From contig CAWFAK010000005.1 of NCBI GenBank assembly GCA_963813715.1, forward strand, positions 64,001 to 128,000: DNA of 64,000 bases, read 5' to 3'. Below are positions 19,219 to 29,400 of the stretch, in pieces; positions within the stretch are counted from its first letter, which is position 1, and the number at the start of each line of letters is the position of its first letter. The DNA is from an uncultured Planctomycetaceae bacterium (GTDB taxonomy: Bacteria > Planctomycetota > Planctomycetia > Planctomycetales > Planctomycetaceae). The notes beneath the pieces are model-generated. The model did no database searches. It saw nothing but the letters and a program-made list of their open reading frames with translations, and was not told the origin of the DNA. The position numbers were made by a program, and so were the translations under genes.

Positions 19219-22200
19219 TTAGTTGATCAGGAACTCGAGGGCTTGGAGAAAGCCAGCCCATTGAGTCTGTGCGTCGATCGGTGTGGACGCGTCCCCGTCG
19301 GCGCTTCCGCCCGTCGTGGCGGGATTGGTCAGCGACAGGGTCGCCCCTCCGGTCACCGGCACAAACTGGCGGTCGCCTTGCACCGGAGCCGGCGTCACAA
19401 CGAGCGAGCGGGATGCCCGGCCGTTGCGGCTAACGGTGAGGGCGATGCTGCCTGTGCCTGTCAGGCCGTCACCCGCGTCCGTGTAGCTCAGTGAGATCGA
19501 GGCCGAACCGGTGAAATTTCGAGTCGGCGTGTAGGTGAGGCCGTTGAGGGCGTTGTTGAGATTGGTCAGCGTGCCGCTGATCGTCATCGAGGCAGAGCGG
19601 TTAGCCCCGGATGTGATCGTGATGCCGCTCGTCGATCCGAGACGCAGGGTGCCGTGCGTGGCTGTGAGCGTCAGCTTCTCGGTGCTGGTGCCCGCGCTGG
19701 CGTCGGTGATGGTGATCGACTTGGAGAAGGCGACGGAGCCGTTCTCGGCGACCGAGGCTGTGGCTGGAGCCTTGATCGTCGGCGCGACAGCCGCGTTCAC
19801 GGTGAGGGTCACGCTATCCGACGCGGACAAACCATCGCCCGGATCGGAAATCGAGATCGACAGCGAATCGGAGCCGGAATAATTGGTCGCCGGCTTGTAA
19901 ACCAGTCCATTGAGAGCCGCGTCGAGGTTGGCGATCGTTCCGGTCACCGTCACCGTCGACGAACCGTTCGCGCCGGCGGTGATCGTCAGGCCGGAGGTGG
20001 AAGCCAAGGTCAGCGTGCCGTGCGTGACGGCCAGGGTCAGCGAGTCGGTGCTGCCGGCGCTCGAGTCGGCGACTGAAATCGCGTTGCCGTTGGTCGACGA
20101 GAAGGTCAGAGAACTGTTCTCGTTGAGCGAACCGCTCGTGGGAGCGGTGATCGCGGGCGGGACTGGCGGCCGTAACGGTCAGGCCGATGCTGTCCGAATC
20201 CGAGAGGCTATCGCCCGGATCGGAAAGTGAAATCCCCAGCGTGTCCGAGCCGGAATAGCCGGCCGTCGGCTGATACGTGAGGCCGTTGAGGGCCGCATTG
20301 AGGCTGGACAAAGTGCCGGTCACGGTGAACGCCGCCGTGCCGTTGCCGCCCGTCGTAAACGTCAGCCCGGTCGTCGAGGCGAGCGTCAGAATTCCGTTCG
20401 AGACCGTGAGCGTGAGCGAATCACTGCCGCTGCCGGCGCTCGCATCCGTCAGCGTGATGGCGTTGCCCTTGCCCGTCGAGAAGACGAGCGAGGAATTCTC
20501 AGCGACGGTGGCCGTACTGGGAGCAGTGATCGTCGGCGGCGTGGGCGCGTTCACGCTCAGCGACACGCTGGCCGAGGCCGACAGGCTGTCGCCCGGATCG
20601 GTGACCGAAATCGCCAGCGAATCGGAGCCGGCATAACCCGCAGTCGGCTGATAAACGAGTCCGGCGAGCGCCGCATCGAGGCTTGAGACGGTGCCGGTCA
20701 CAGTGAACGAGGACGAGTCGTTGCTGCCAGATGTGAAGGTGAGTCCCGACGTGGTCGACAACGTCAACGTGCCATGCGAGACGGACAGCGTCAGCGAATC
20801 GGCGTTGGTGCCGGCGCTCGCGTCGGTGACGCTGATGGCGTTCCCGTTGGCCGACGAGAAGGTCAACGAGCCATTTTCGGCCAAGCTTGCCGACGCGGGG
20901 GCGCTGACGCTCGGCGGTTGCGTTGTGCCGTATCCCGCCAGGGCGGGGACGAGCAAATTGGCGATTGGCGTGCCCAGTCCGGTGACCAGATCGTAACCCG
21001 TCCCGGCCGAGTAGGTGCCGTTGCTGCCGGTTGTGATGTCGTGGAAGTCGGAACTGGGCAATTGGTAGAGCGTCGGCAGTGTTTGCGTCGCGCCGTTGAG
21101 GGATGAATCGCCCAAGAGGGAGCGTCCCTGGTTCGCGATGGCGATCAGGCCGCCCCACATCGGCGTCGCGAGGCTCGTCCCGCCGACCTGGAACCAGCCA
21201 CCGTCGTAGCTATCGAGGACGTAGACGCCGCTGTTGGGGTCGGCATCCATGGCGACGTCGGGCACGTTGCGATGCGTCGTGCTCGCACCGTTGACGCCGT
21301 TGAGCGAGCTTTGATAGCTGGGGATGGTCTCGTATTGGCTGATCCCGCCGCCCGTATCGGACCAGGCGCCCTCGGCGATGTATTGGCCGCTGCTGTTGAT
21401 ATCCAAAGTCGTGCCGCCGACGGCCACGACGTCGGGACTGAACGCCGGATATCCCGAAGGCGTGCCGTCATCGCCGGTGGCCGCCAGGAAAGTGACGCCC
21501 TGATGACCGTTGGGCGTGACGAAGTTGGAATCGAAGCCGGTCTCCGAGGAGCTTTCGCCGCCGTCCCAGCTCATCGACACGACCGAAACGCCGGCGTAAT
21601 CGGCCGCCGTGTCGACGGCCTGGAACAGGTTCGCGTCGGAGTTGGAAGAAGCCTCGAAGAGGATGATGTTCGCATCGGGGGCGATCGAGTGAGCCCACTC
21701 GACGTCGAGCGCTTCTTCAACGTCCCAGCCCCCCTTGGCCGCGTTGGCCGGCAGCGACGTGCCGCCCGTTTGATTCAGGACCTTGAGCGTGGGCTCGCTG
21801 CTGCCGTTGAACTGCGGCAGACCGAATTGGCTGCTGAAGCTATTGGCGTCGGAAATGATGTCCGGATCGTTGTACGCGTCGACGATGGCGATCGTCTGGC
21901 CGGCCCCGGTTCCTGCGACGCCGTTAAAGGAAATCTGGTTGATCCCGTAGGCCGCCTGCATCTGGGCCGGATCGATGGGGGCGGTGCCGGCCGTGACAGC
22001 CGGTTTGTTGGTCGCCGCGCCATGGGCCTCGAGAATAAAGGTCGGCGTGGCGACGGCGGTGAGGGCGGACGCGGCAGAGAGCATCTGGCGGCCTTCGAGC
22101 GTCTCGGCGGCCGGACCGCAGCAGACCGGCTGGCCGATGCGTGCCGCGTCGCGTCGACGTTTCAGCGGTCGACGAGAGCGGGAGGACGACGGGCGGACGA

Positions 22201-22237
22201 AGTTGGACAAAAACGGAAACCGAAGCGACAACAGCAT
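19219..22237 (-). CDS. S53 peptidase with LExR motif and 4 beta-rich repeats (paralog 2; apparent frameshift near 20160)
   Basis: LEGRQMLS, EEALD, AATGDDG, GGTSLATP, GYDLVTGLGTP. ORFs 19814..22363 and 19219..20007 join in repeat 3. Confidence 0.87.
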
Positions 22238-22304
22238 CCTACCGGCCTCCTGTGGCGGGTGAATTTGACCGTCAGGTGTTCGCCAAACACGAACTGAGTC
22301 AGAA

Positions 22305-22322
22305 GGTGCCGGCCCAGACACC
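22305..22322 (-). promoter_or_regulatory. Conserved upstream hairpin motif, paralog 2
   Basis: Sense strand GGTGTC-TGGGCC-GGCACC, 68-85 nt upstream of the ATG. Confidence 0.5.
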
Positions 22323-22330
22323 CGTCCTAA

Positions 22331-22353
22331 AGAAAATCGTCGGACGATTTTCT
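22331..22353. promoter_or_regulatory. Perfect 11-bp inverted repeat, candidate operator
   Basis: AGAAAATCGTC-G-GACGATTTTCT in the intergenic region upstream of paralog 2. Confidence 0.5.
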
Positions 22354-22436
22354 GCCCAGTCACACCAATAGTCTGCCCGTCGGCGAACTGGAGATCAACT
22401 TAGCCCAATTACGTCAAAAAGTGCTTCCAATCAACC

Positions 22437-25400
22437 TCAACCGGCCAGCACTTGCATTGCGGCCGCAAACCCCGCCAGCTGCGTTTCGGAGTCCGGAGGC
22501 AGGGTGCTGGTCGAGAGCGAGTTAGCCGAAGGGACGCTCGACGAGGCCGGTCCCGCGGGCGCGCCTGCCTGCAGGATCGTGCTCGACGAGACGGTGATGT
22601 TGGCCGTCACCGACTGGTTGGTTGCGAGGTCGGTGTAGGCCAGGGTGATCGTTGCCGCCTTCGCCTGCAGCGTATAGGTCATCCCGTTGAGGGCCAGATT
22701 CAGGTTGGCCAGCGTTCCCTCGATGGTCATCGACGCAGAACCATTGGCCCCGGAGATAAACGTAATCCCAGTCGTGCTGGCGAGTTGCAAGATGCCCGAA
22801 GTCGCCTTGATTGTCAGTTCTTCGGTGCTGCTGCCGGCGCTCCCGTCGGCAATGCTGATCGCATCTCCCTTGGCGGCGGAGAAAGTGGTCGTGCCGCCAA
22901 CTGTCGACCTGACGCTGGTCGGTGCGCTGATCGAAGGCGGGGCACTACCCGAAACGTTGATCGACACGCTGGCCGAGCCCGACAGGTGATCCGCCGAATC
23001 ATTGATCGCCACGGCGAGCGAGTCGGCACCCGTATAGTTGCTGGTCGGCTTGTAGGTCAGTCCGGCAAGCGCCGCGTTGAGGTTGGTGATTGACCCCGTG
23101 ACCGTGACCGTGGACGACCCGTTAGCGCCGGCCGTGATCGTCAGGCCCGAGATCGTCGACAAAGTCACCGTGCCATGCGAGACCGTCAACTGCAGCGAAT
23201 CCGAACCGCTTCCCGGCCCTGCATCCGCGACTGAAATCGGGTTGCTGTTGCCCGACGAGAAGACCAGCGAGCCGTTCTCAGGCACCGTAGCCGATCCCGG
23301 AGCTGAAACCGTCGGCGGGCTGTTGGCGTTGACCGTGATGGCCACGCTCTTCGAGGCCGACTCGCTGTCGCCGGGGTCCAAGAGAGAAATCGCCAGCGAA
23401 TCGGAGCCGGTGTAGCTGGTCGTCGGCGTATAGGTAAGGTTGTTGAGGGCCGCATTCAAACTGGTGACGGCGCCGGTCACGGTGAAGGACGCCGAGCCGT
23501 TGCTCCCGGCCGTAAACGTCAGGCCGCTGATCGTCGAGAGTGTGATCGTCCCGTGAGCGACCGACAGGGTCAGCGTATCGCTGCTGCTGCCGGCCGCCGA
23601 GTCGGCCACGCTGATCGCGCTCGAGGAGAAGATCAGCGAATTGTTGACGAGCACCGAGGCCGTCGCCGGCGCGGTAATCGTCGGCGCCGGCAAGGAGTTG
23701 ATGCTCAGCGAAACGTTCTTCGAGGCCGACTGGCCATCGCCCGGATCTTGGAGCGAAATCGCCAGCGTATCGCTGCCCGTGTAAGCGGCCGTCGGCTGGT
23801 AGGTAAGGCCGTTGAGGGCCGCGTTGAGGTTGCCGACCGTGCCACTCACTGTGAAGGTGGCCGAACCGTTGCTGCCGGACGTGAACGTCAGACCGGACGT
23901 GGTGGAAAGCGTCAGTTTGCCGTGCGCGACCGCCAGCGTGAGCGAGTCGCTGCCGGGATTGGCGTCGGCGAGCGAGATTGCGTTGCCGTTGCCGGTCGAG
24001 AAGGCCAGCGACCCGTTCTCCGTGAGCGAGGCCGAAACTGGCGCCGCGATCGTCGGGGCCAGCGCGCTGACTGTGATGGCCACGCTGCCAGAGCCAGTTT
24101 TGTTGTCGGTCGGGTCGCTGACGGAGAGGGCCAGCGTGTCGGAACCGGCGTAATTCGTCGTCGGCTGGTAGGTCGTTCCTACCAGGGCGGCGTTCAAGTT
24201 GGCTACGGTCCCCTTGACCGTGAAGGCGGCGGAGTCGTTCGAGCCCGAGCTGAAAACCAGTCCATTGGTGGTGCCCAAGGTCAGGGTGCCGTGGCTGACC
24301 GACAAACTCACCGAATCTGCGCCGAAGCCCAACCCGTCGTCGGTCAGCGAGATCAAGTTGCCGTTACCCGTCGAGAAGACGAGCGAGCCATTCTCCGCTA
24401 CGCTAGCCGTAGAAGGCGCCGTGAAGGTGGGGGCGATCGGTGCGACCGTGATCGAAACGCTGGAGGAGCCGGTCAGGCTTTCGCCTGGGTCGGTTAGCGA
24501 CACCAGCAGCGAGTCGGCGCCGCTGTAATACGTGGTCGGTTGATAGGTCAGACCGGAACTGTCCAGATCCGCGTTCAGGTTGGCGATGGTCCCGCTCACC
24601 GTGAACGAAGAGGAGCCGTTCGTCCCGGACGTGAACGTCAGGCCGGTGGTCGAGCCGAGCGTCAACGTTCCGTCGGAGACCGAGAGCGTGAGCGAATCGG
24701 CAGCACCGGCGGAGAACGGATCGGTCAGGGTGATCGCGTCGCTGTTGGCCGTCGAGAGTGTCGCCGACCCGTTTTCGGCCACGTTGAGCGTGGACGGGTT
24801 GCTCACGGCAGGCGCAGTCGAACCGTATCCCGCCAACGCGGGCACGAGCAGATTGGCGACGGGAGTGCCCAGCCCAGTGACCAGATCGTAACCCGGCGCA
24901 GCCGAGTAGGTGCCGTTGCTGCCGGTCGTGACGTCGTGGAAATCGGAACTCGGCAGGCTGTAGAGCATCGGCAGGGTTTGCGTGTACCCGTTGAGCGTCG
25001 ATTCGCCCGCGAGCGCCCGTCCCTGGTTGACGATGCCGATCATGCCGGCCCACAACGGAGAACTGAGGCTCGTGCCGCCCACCTGGAAGTAGCCGCCACC
25101 TTGCCCTTCGTTCCATGTGTCATAGACGTAGACGCCACTGTCGGGATCGGCGTCAGCCGAGACGTCGGGAACGTTACGGTTCGTGGTGCTCGAGCCGTTG
25201 ATGCCGTCGAGGTTGTCCTGGTAATAGGGCAGCGCTTCCTGCGTGCTGATGCCGCCGCCCGTGGCCCAACCATTGTTGTCGTTCCAAACCGATTCTGAGA
25301 TGTACGTGCCGCTGTTCTGAATCTGCAGGTTGGTGCCGCCCACGGAGACGACGTAGGGCGAGTACGCCGGATAGCCGGCGGGGCTGCCCGAGTCGCCGGC

Positions 25401-26183
25401 CGAGGCCAGGAAGGTGACCCCCTGGTGGCCGGTCGGCGTCTGGAAGTATTGGTCTTCGGAAGTCTCGCCGGAGAATTCGCCTTCGCCCCAGCTGTTGGAG
25501 ATCACGGAGACGCCGGGCCAACCGGCGGCGGTGACTTCGGCCTGGTCCATGTCCGGGTCGTTGGCCGTGGTCGACTCGAACAGGATGACGTTGGCCTCCG
25601 GCGCCATCGAGTGCACCCACTGCACGTCGAGTGATTCCTCGAGGTCCCAGTCGCCGACTGTCGTGTTGGTGTTCATCGGCAGCGTCGTGCCGCCGTTTTC
25701 GTTCAGCACCTGAAACGTCGGACCGCCGGAGTTGAATTGCGGCAAGCCGAATCGCGTGTTGAAGGTGGCCGTGTCGGAGACGATGTTCGGATCATTGTAG
25801 GCGTCGACGATGGCGATCGTCTGTCCGGCGCCGTTGCCGACAATTCCGTTGAAGGAAATCAGGTTCACGCCGTAGGCCGTCTGCACCTGCGACGGCGTGT
25901 AAGGCGCCGAGGCGTTGTCGGGCGAATTCGTGGGCTTCACGCTTCCAGGAGCCGCGACGCGGCCCAGGTTGATCAACGTCGGCACGGCGATGCCGGCGGC
26001 GGTGGCGGAAACGGCCGCCGAGAGCATTTGCCGCCCTTCGAGTTCCTCGACGGTCGGTCCGCAGCAAATCGGACCAGGAATGAATGCCGTGTCTCGTCGG
26101 CTGCGTCGACTCAGGTGCCGCTTGAACCGGACAGGCTTGGACCCGATTTTGCGCGAAATCGTGAGCCGCCTAGAAAACAACAT
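22437..26183 (-). CDS. S53 peptidase with LExR motif and 6 beta-rich repeats (paralog 3)
   Basis: LEGRQMLS, EESLD, ASAGDSG, GGTSLSSP, GYDLVTGLGTP. Confidence 0.88.
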   Translation of the reverse strand: MLFSRRLTISRKIGSKPVRFKRHLSRRSRRDTAFIPGPICCGPTVEELEGRQMLSAAVSATAAGIAVPTLINLGRVAAPGSVKPTNSPDNASAPYTPSQVQTAYGVNLISFNGIVGNGAGQTIAIVDAYNDPNIVSDTATFNTRFGLPQFNSGGPTFQVLNENGGTTLPMNTNTTVGDWDLEESLDVQWVHSMAPEANVILFESTTANDPDMDQAEVTAAGWPGVSVISNSWGEGEFSGETSEDQYFQTPTGHQGVTFLASAGDSGSPAGYPAYSPYVVSVGGTNLQIQNSGTYISESVWNDNNGWATGGGISTQEALPYYQDNLDGINGSSTTNRNVPDVSADADPDSGVYVYDTWNEGQGGGYFQVGGTSLSSPLWAGMIGIVNQGRALAGESTLNGYTQTLPMLYSLPSSDFHDVTTGSNGTYSAAPGYDLVTGLGTPVANLLVPALAGYGSTAPAVSNPSTLNVAENGSATLSTANSDAITLTDPFSAGAADSLTLSVSDGTLTLGSTTGLTFTSGTNGSSSFTVSGTIANLNADLDSSGLTYQPTTYYSGADSLLVSLTDPGESLTGSSSVSITVAPIAPTFTAPSTASVAENGSLVFSTGNGNLISLTDDGLGFGADSVSLSVSHGTLTLGTTNGLVFSSGSNDSAAFTVKGTVANLNAALVGTTYQPTTNYAGSDTLALSVSDPTDNKTGSGSVAITVSALAPTIAAPVSASLTENGSLAFSTGNGNAISLADANPGSDSLTLAVAHGKLTLSTTSGLTFTSGSNGSATFTVSGTVGNLNAALNGLTYQPTAAYTGSDTLAISLQDPGDGQSASKNVSLSINSLPAPTITAPATASVLVNNSLIFSSSAISVADSAAGSSSDTLTLSVAHGTITLSTISGLTFTAGSNGSASFTVTGAVTSLNAALNNLTYTPTTSYTGSDSLAISLLDPGDSESASKSVAITVNANSPPTVSAPGSATVPENGSLVFSSGNSNPISVADAGPGSGSDSLQLTVSHGTVTLSTISGLTITAGANGSSTVTVTGSITNLNAALAGLTYKPTSNYTGADSLAVAINDSADHLSGSASVSINVSGSAPPSISAPTSVRSTVGGTTTFSAAKGDAISIADGSAGSSTEELTIKATSGILQLASTTGITFISGANGSASMTIEGTLANLNLALNGMTYTLQAKAATITLAYTDLATNQSVTANITVSSSTILQAGAPAGPASSSVPSANSLSTSTLPPDSETQLAGFAAAMQVLAG

Positions 26184-26245
26184 CCCCAGACTCCTGCAAC
26201 AGGTGCGCGATTCGGGCGGAAAAGCGAGAGGAAACACGGCCCGAC

Positions 26246-26263
26246 GGTGCCGGCCCAGCGCCC
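26246..26263 (-). promoter_or_regulatory. Conserved upstream motif, paralog 3
   Basis: Sense strand GGGCGC-TGGGCC-GGCACC, 63-80 nt upstream of the ATG, flanked by GACGG/CCGTC. Confidence 0.45.
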
Positions 26264-26458
26264 GTCTGAAGAAATGAAAGGCGTCGCTAGTTTCGCCGAC
26301 GGCGAGGCAGAGATCAAGACTTAACGCGCGTCACTTATCCAAAATCCGCGCAGCACAATTAGTCCCCGTCAAAGTCCCCCGGCATCGGTCCCCACGGATG
26401 GTCTCGCGACCACGTCAGACACCCAAGCTGGGCGACTTCGGGCCGGGTGCTCGTGCGT

Positions 26459-29400
26459 TTAGACTTCGGAGTCGGGCGGGATGGAACTCGTTGCGGGGCC
26501 AGTTGTTGTGTTTGACGACGGCGAATTTCCCAGGGTCGTATTCCCGAAGAGGGTCACCGTGGTGGAGGACGTTCCCTGCCCTCCCGTCACCAGGTTGGTG
26601 TAGACCATCCCGATCGTCTGACTCTTTCCCGTGAGCGTATACGTCAGCGTGGCAAGGGCGGCGTTGAGGTTGGCCAGCGTTCCCTGGACGACCATCTGCA
26701 TCGAGTTGTTGGCACCTGACACAAAAGTCAGCCCGGTGGTCTTGCTCAGGTTCAGTGTGCCCCCCGAGTCCTTGATCAGGAGCTGTTGCACGCCAGTCCC
26801 GGCGCTCGGGTCCGTGATGCTGACCGCGTCGGTCCCGGTGAAGCTCACCGCGTCGGATCTCGTCAAGATGGCCGTGGGCGCCTTGATGGCCGGCGCCGTG
26901 CTGCCGGTGACACTTAACGTGACGTTGGCGGAAGCCGACTGCCCATCGGACGAATCCTTGATCGCCACCGACAGCGTGTCGGGACCTGTGTAGCCGGTCG
27001 ACGGCTGATAGACCAAGCCGTTCAAGGCCGCGTTGAGATTGACCAGCGAACCGGTGACAGTGATCGTGGTCGAGCCGTTCGCTCCCGAGGTGACGGTCAA
27101 CCCCGTGGTGCTTGCCAGCGTCACCGTGCCGTGGGAAACGGTGAGCGTCAGCAAGTCGGAACCGTTCCCGGGACCACTGTCGGCCACCGAGACGGCATTG
27201 TCGGTGGCCGGCTCGAAGACCAGCTCTCCGTTCTCACTGACCACGGCGCCGCTGGGAGCCGTGATCGTCGGGGGCAAGAACGCGGTAATCGTCAGGGCCA
27301 CACTGGTCGACGCCGACTCATTGTCTCCCGAATCGGAAATCCCAATCGAGATTGCAGCGGCACCCGAGTAACCGGACGTGGGACGATAGATCAGACCGTT
27401 GAGCGCGGCATTGAGGTTGGCAAGCGTGCCGGCCACGGTGAACGAGGCCGTGCCGTTGGTCCCGGCCGTAAAGGTGAGCCCTGTCGTGGAGGCCAAGGTC
27501 AACGTGCCGTGAGTGGCGGTGAGCGTTAGCGAGTCGGTGTTGGCGCCGATCCCCGTGTCGGCGACGGCAATCACATTGCCGTTCGTCGCGGAGAAGGTCA
27601 GCGATCCGTTTTCGGCGAGAGCGGCCGTGGCGGGCGCGGTGACGCTCGGCGGAGCCAGGCCGACAATGCTCAGCGACACGTTCGCGGAAGCGGACTTGTT
27701 ATCGCCCGTATCGGTGATCGTGATCGCCAGCGTGTCGGCGCCGGTGTAGCCCGATATCGGCTGGTAGGTCACGCCGTTGAGGGCCGCATCCAAGTTGGTG
27801 ACGGTTCCGCTCACGGTCATCGAGGCGGAGTCGTTGCTGCCGGCCGTGATCGTCAAGCCGGTCGTGCTGGCCAAGGTCAGCGTGCCGTGCTGCACCGAGA
27901 GCGCCAGCGAATCGGTGCCCGGATTGGCATCACTAACGGTAATGCCGTTGCCGTGGGAACTCGCGAAGGGCAGCGCGGTGTTCTCATTCAGCGAGGCGCT
28001 CGACGGAGCTGTGATCGTCGGAGCCAGAGCATTGACAGTCAGCGCGACCGACGCGGAACCCGACTTGCCGTCATTCGAGTCCACCACCGAGATCGACAGC
28101 GTGTCCGAACCGGCAAAACCGGTCGCCGGCTGATAAGTCAAACCGTTGATGGCGGCGTTGAAGTTCGCCACCGTCCCCTTCACGCTGAACGAAGAGGAGC
28201 CGTTGAAGCCGCTGACGAACACCAGTCCGTTGGTCGAACCAAGGGTCAAGATGCCGCTGGAGACGGACAGCATCTCCGTATCGGCGCTGGTGCCGGCGCC
28301 GTTGTCCGTCAGGGTGATCGGGTAGCTGCTGGTTGTCGAGAAGGTGAGCGTGCCGTTCTCGATGACGGCGGCCGTTATTGGCGCGCTGATCCCCGGAGCG
28401 GCGATCGCGTTGATGGTCAGCGCAACGCTGCTGGTGGCCGACAGGCCGTCCCCCGGATCGCGGAGCAACACGGTCAACGTGTCCCCACCGGTGTAACTGA
28501 AGTTGGGCTGGTAGCTCAGGCCATCGAGGGCGGCGTTGAGATTGCCGATCGGCCCGCTGACGGTGAACGAGTTGGAGCCGTTGGTGCCGCTGGTGAAAGT
28601 CAGGCCGGTTGTCGCTCCCAGCGTCAGGGTGCCGTTTGCCGCGGAGACGGTCATCGAATCGGAGCCGCTCGCGCCGAGGTCAGTCACGCTAATCTCGTTG
28701 CCGAAAGCCGAGGAGAAGGTGAGGGCCGTATTCACGGTCGTGCTGCCGGTCGACGGACCGCTCACGGTGGGTAGAGCCTTCACGCTGAGCGAGACGGAGG
28801 TCGCGGAGGACTTGCTGTCCGCCAGGTTGGTAATCGTCAGGGACAGCCCATCAGAGCCGAAGTAATTAGCCGTGGGCTGGTAGATCAGGCCGTCGAGCGC
28901 CATGTTGAGGTTGCTGAGCGAGCCGGTCACGGTGAACGAACTTGTGCCGTTCGTGCCCGACGTGAAGGTCAAGCCGAAGGTCGTGTGCAACGAGAGCGTG
29001 CCGTGCGTGACAGAGAGCGCCAGCGCATCGCCGCCAGCGTTGACGTCGCTGACGGAAATCGAGTTGCCGTTCCCCGTCGAGAAGACGAGCGACTGGTTGG
29101 CCCCGACGATGGCCGAACTCGGCGCAGAAACCAGCGGCGCCAAGGCGTTGACGATCAGCGAAACGGTCGTGCCGCCGGAGAGATTGTCCGCCTGGTCCTG
29201 GTCCGAGAGGCTCAGCGTGTCGGTGCCGTAGAATCCCGCGGTCGGCGTATATGTGAGGCTGGCCAGATCGGCGTTGAGGTTCGGCAGCAGGCCGGTCAGG
29301 ACGACGGTCGCGCTGTTGTTTCCCGTCACCGTCAGCCCGGTCGTCGTTGCCAGATCGAGCGTGCCGTCGCCGACCGACAGCGTCAGCTGCTCGTCCGAAC

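Noticed and set aside
18902..26263. Upstream TGGGCC hairpin as a known riboswitch (c-di-GMP-II or ZTP)
   Set aside because: Only a short TGGGC resemblance; the other consensus elements were not seen.
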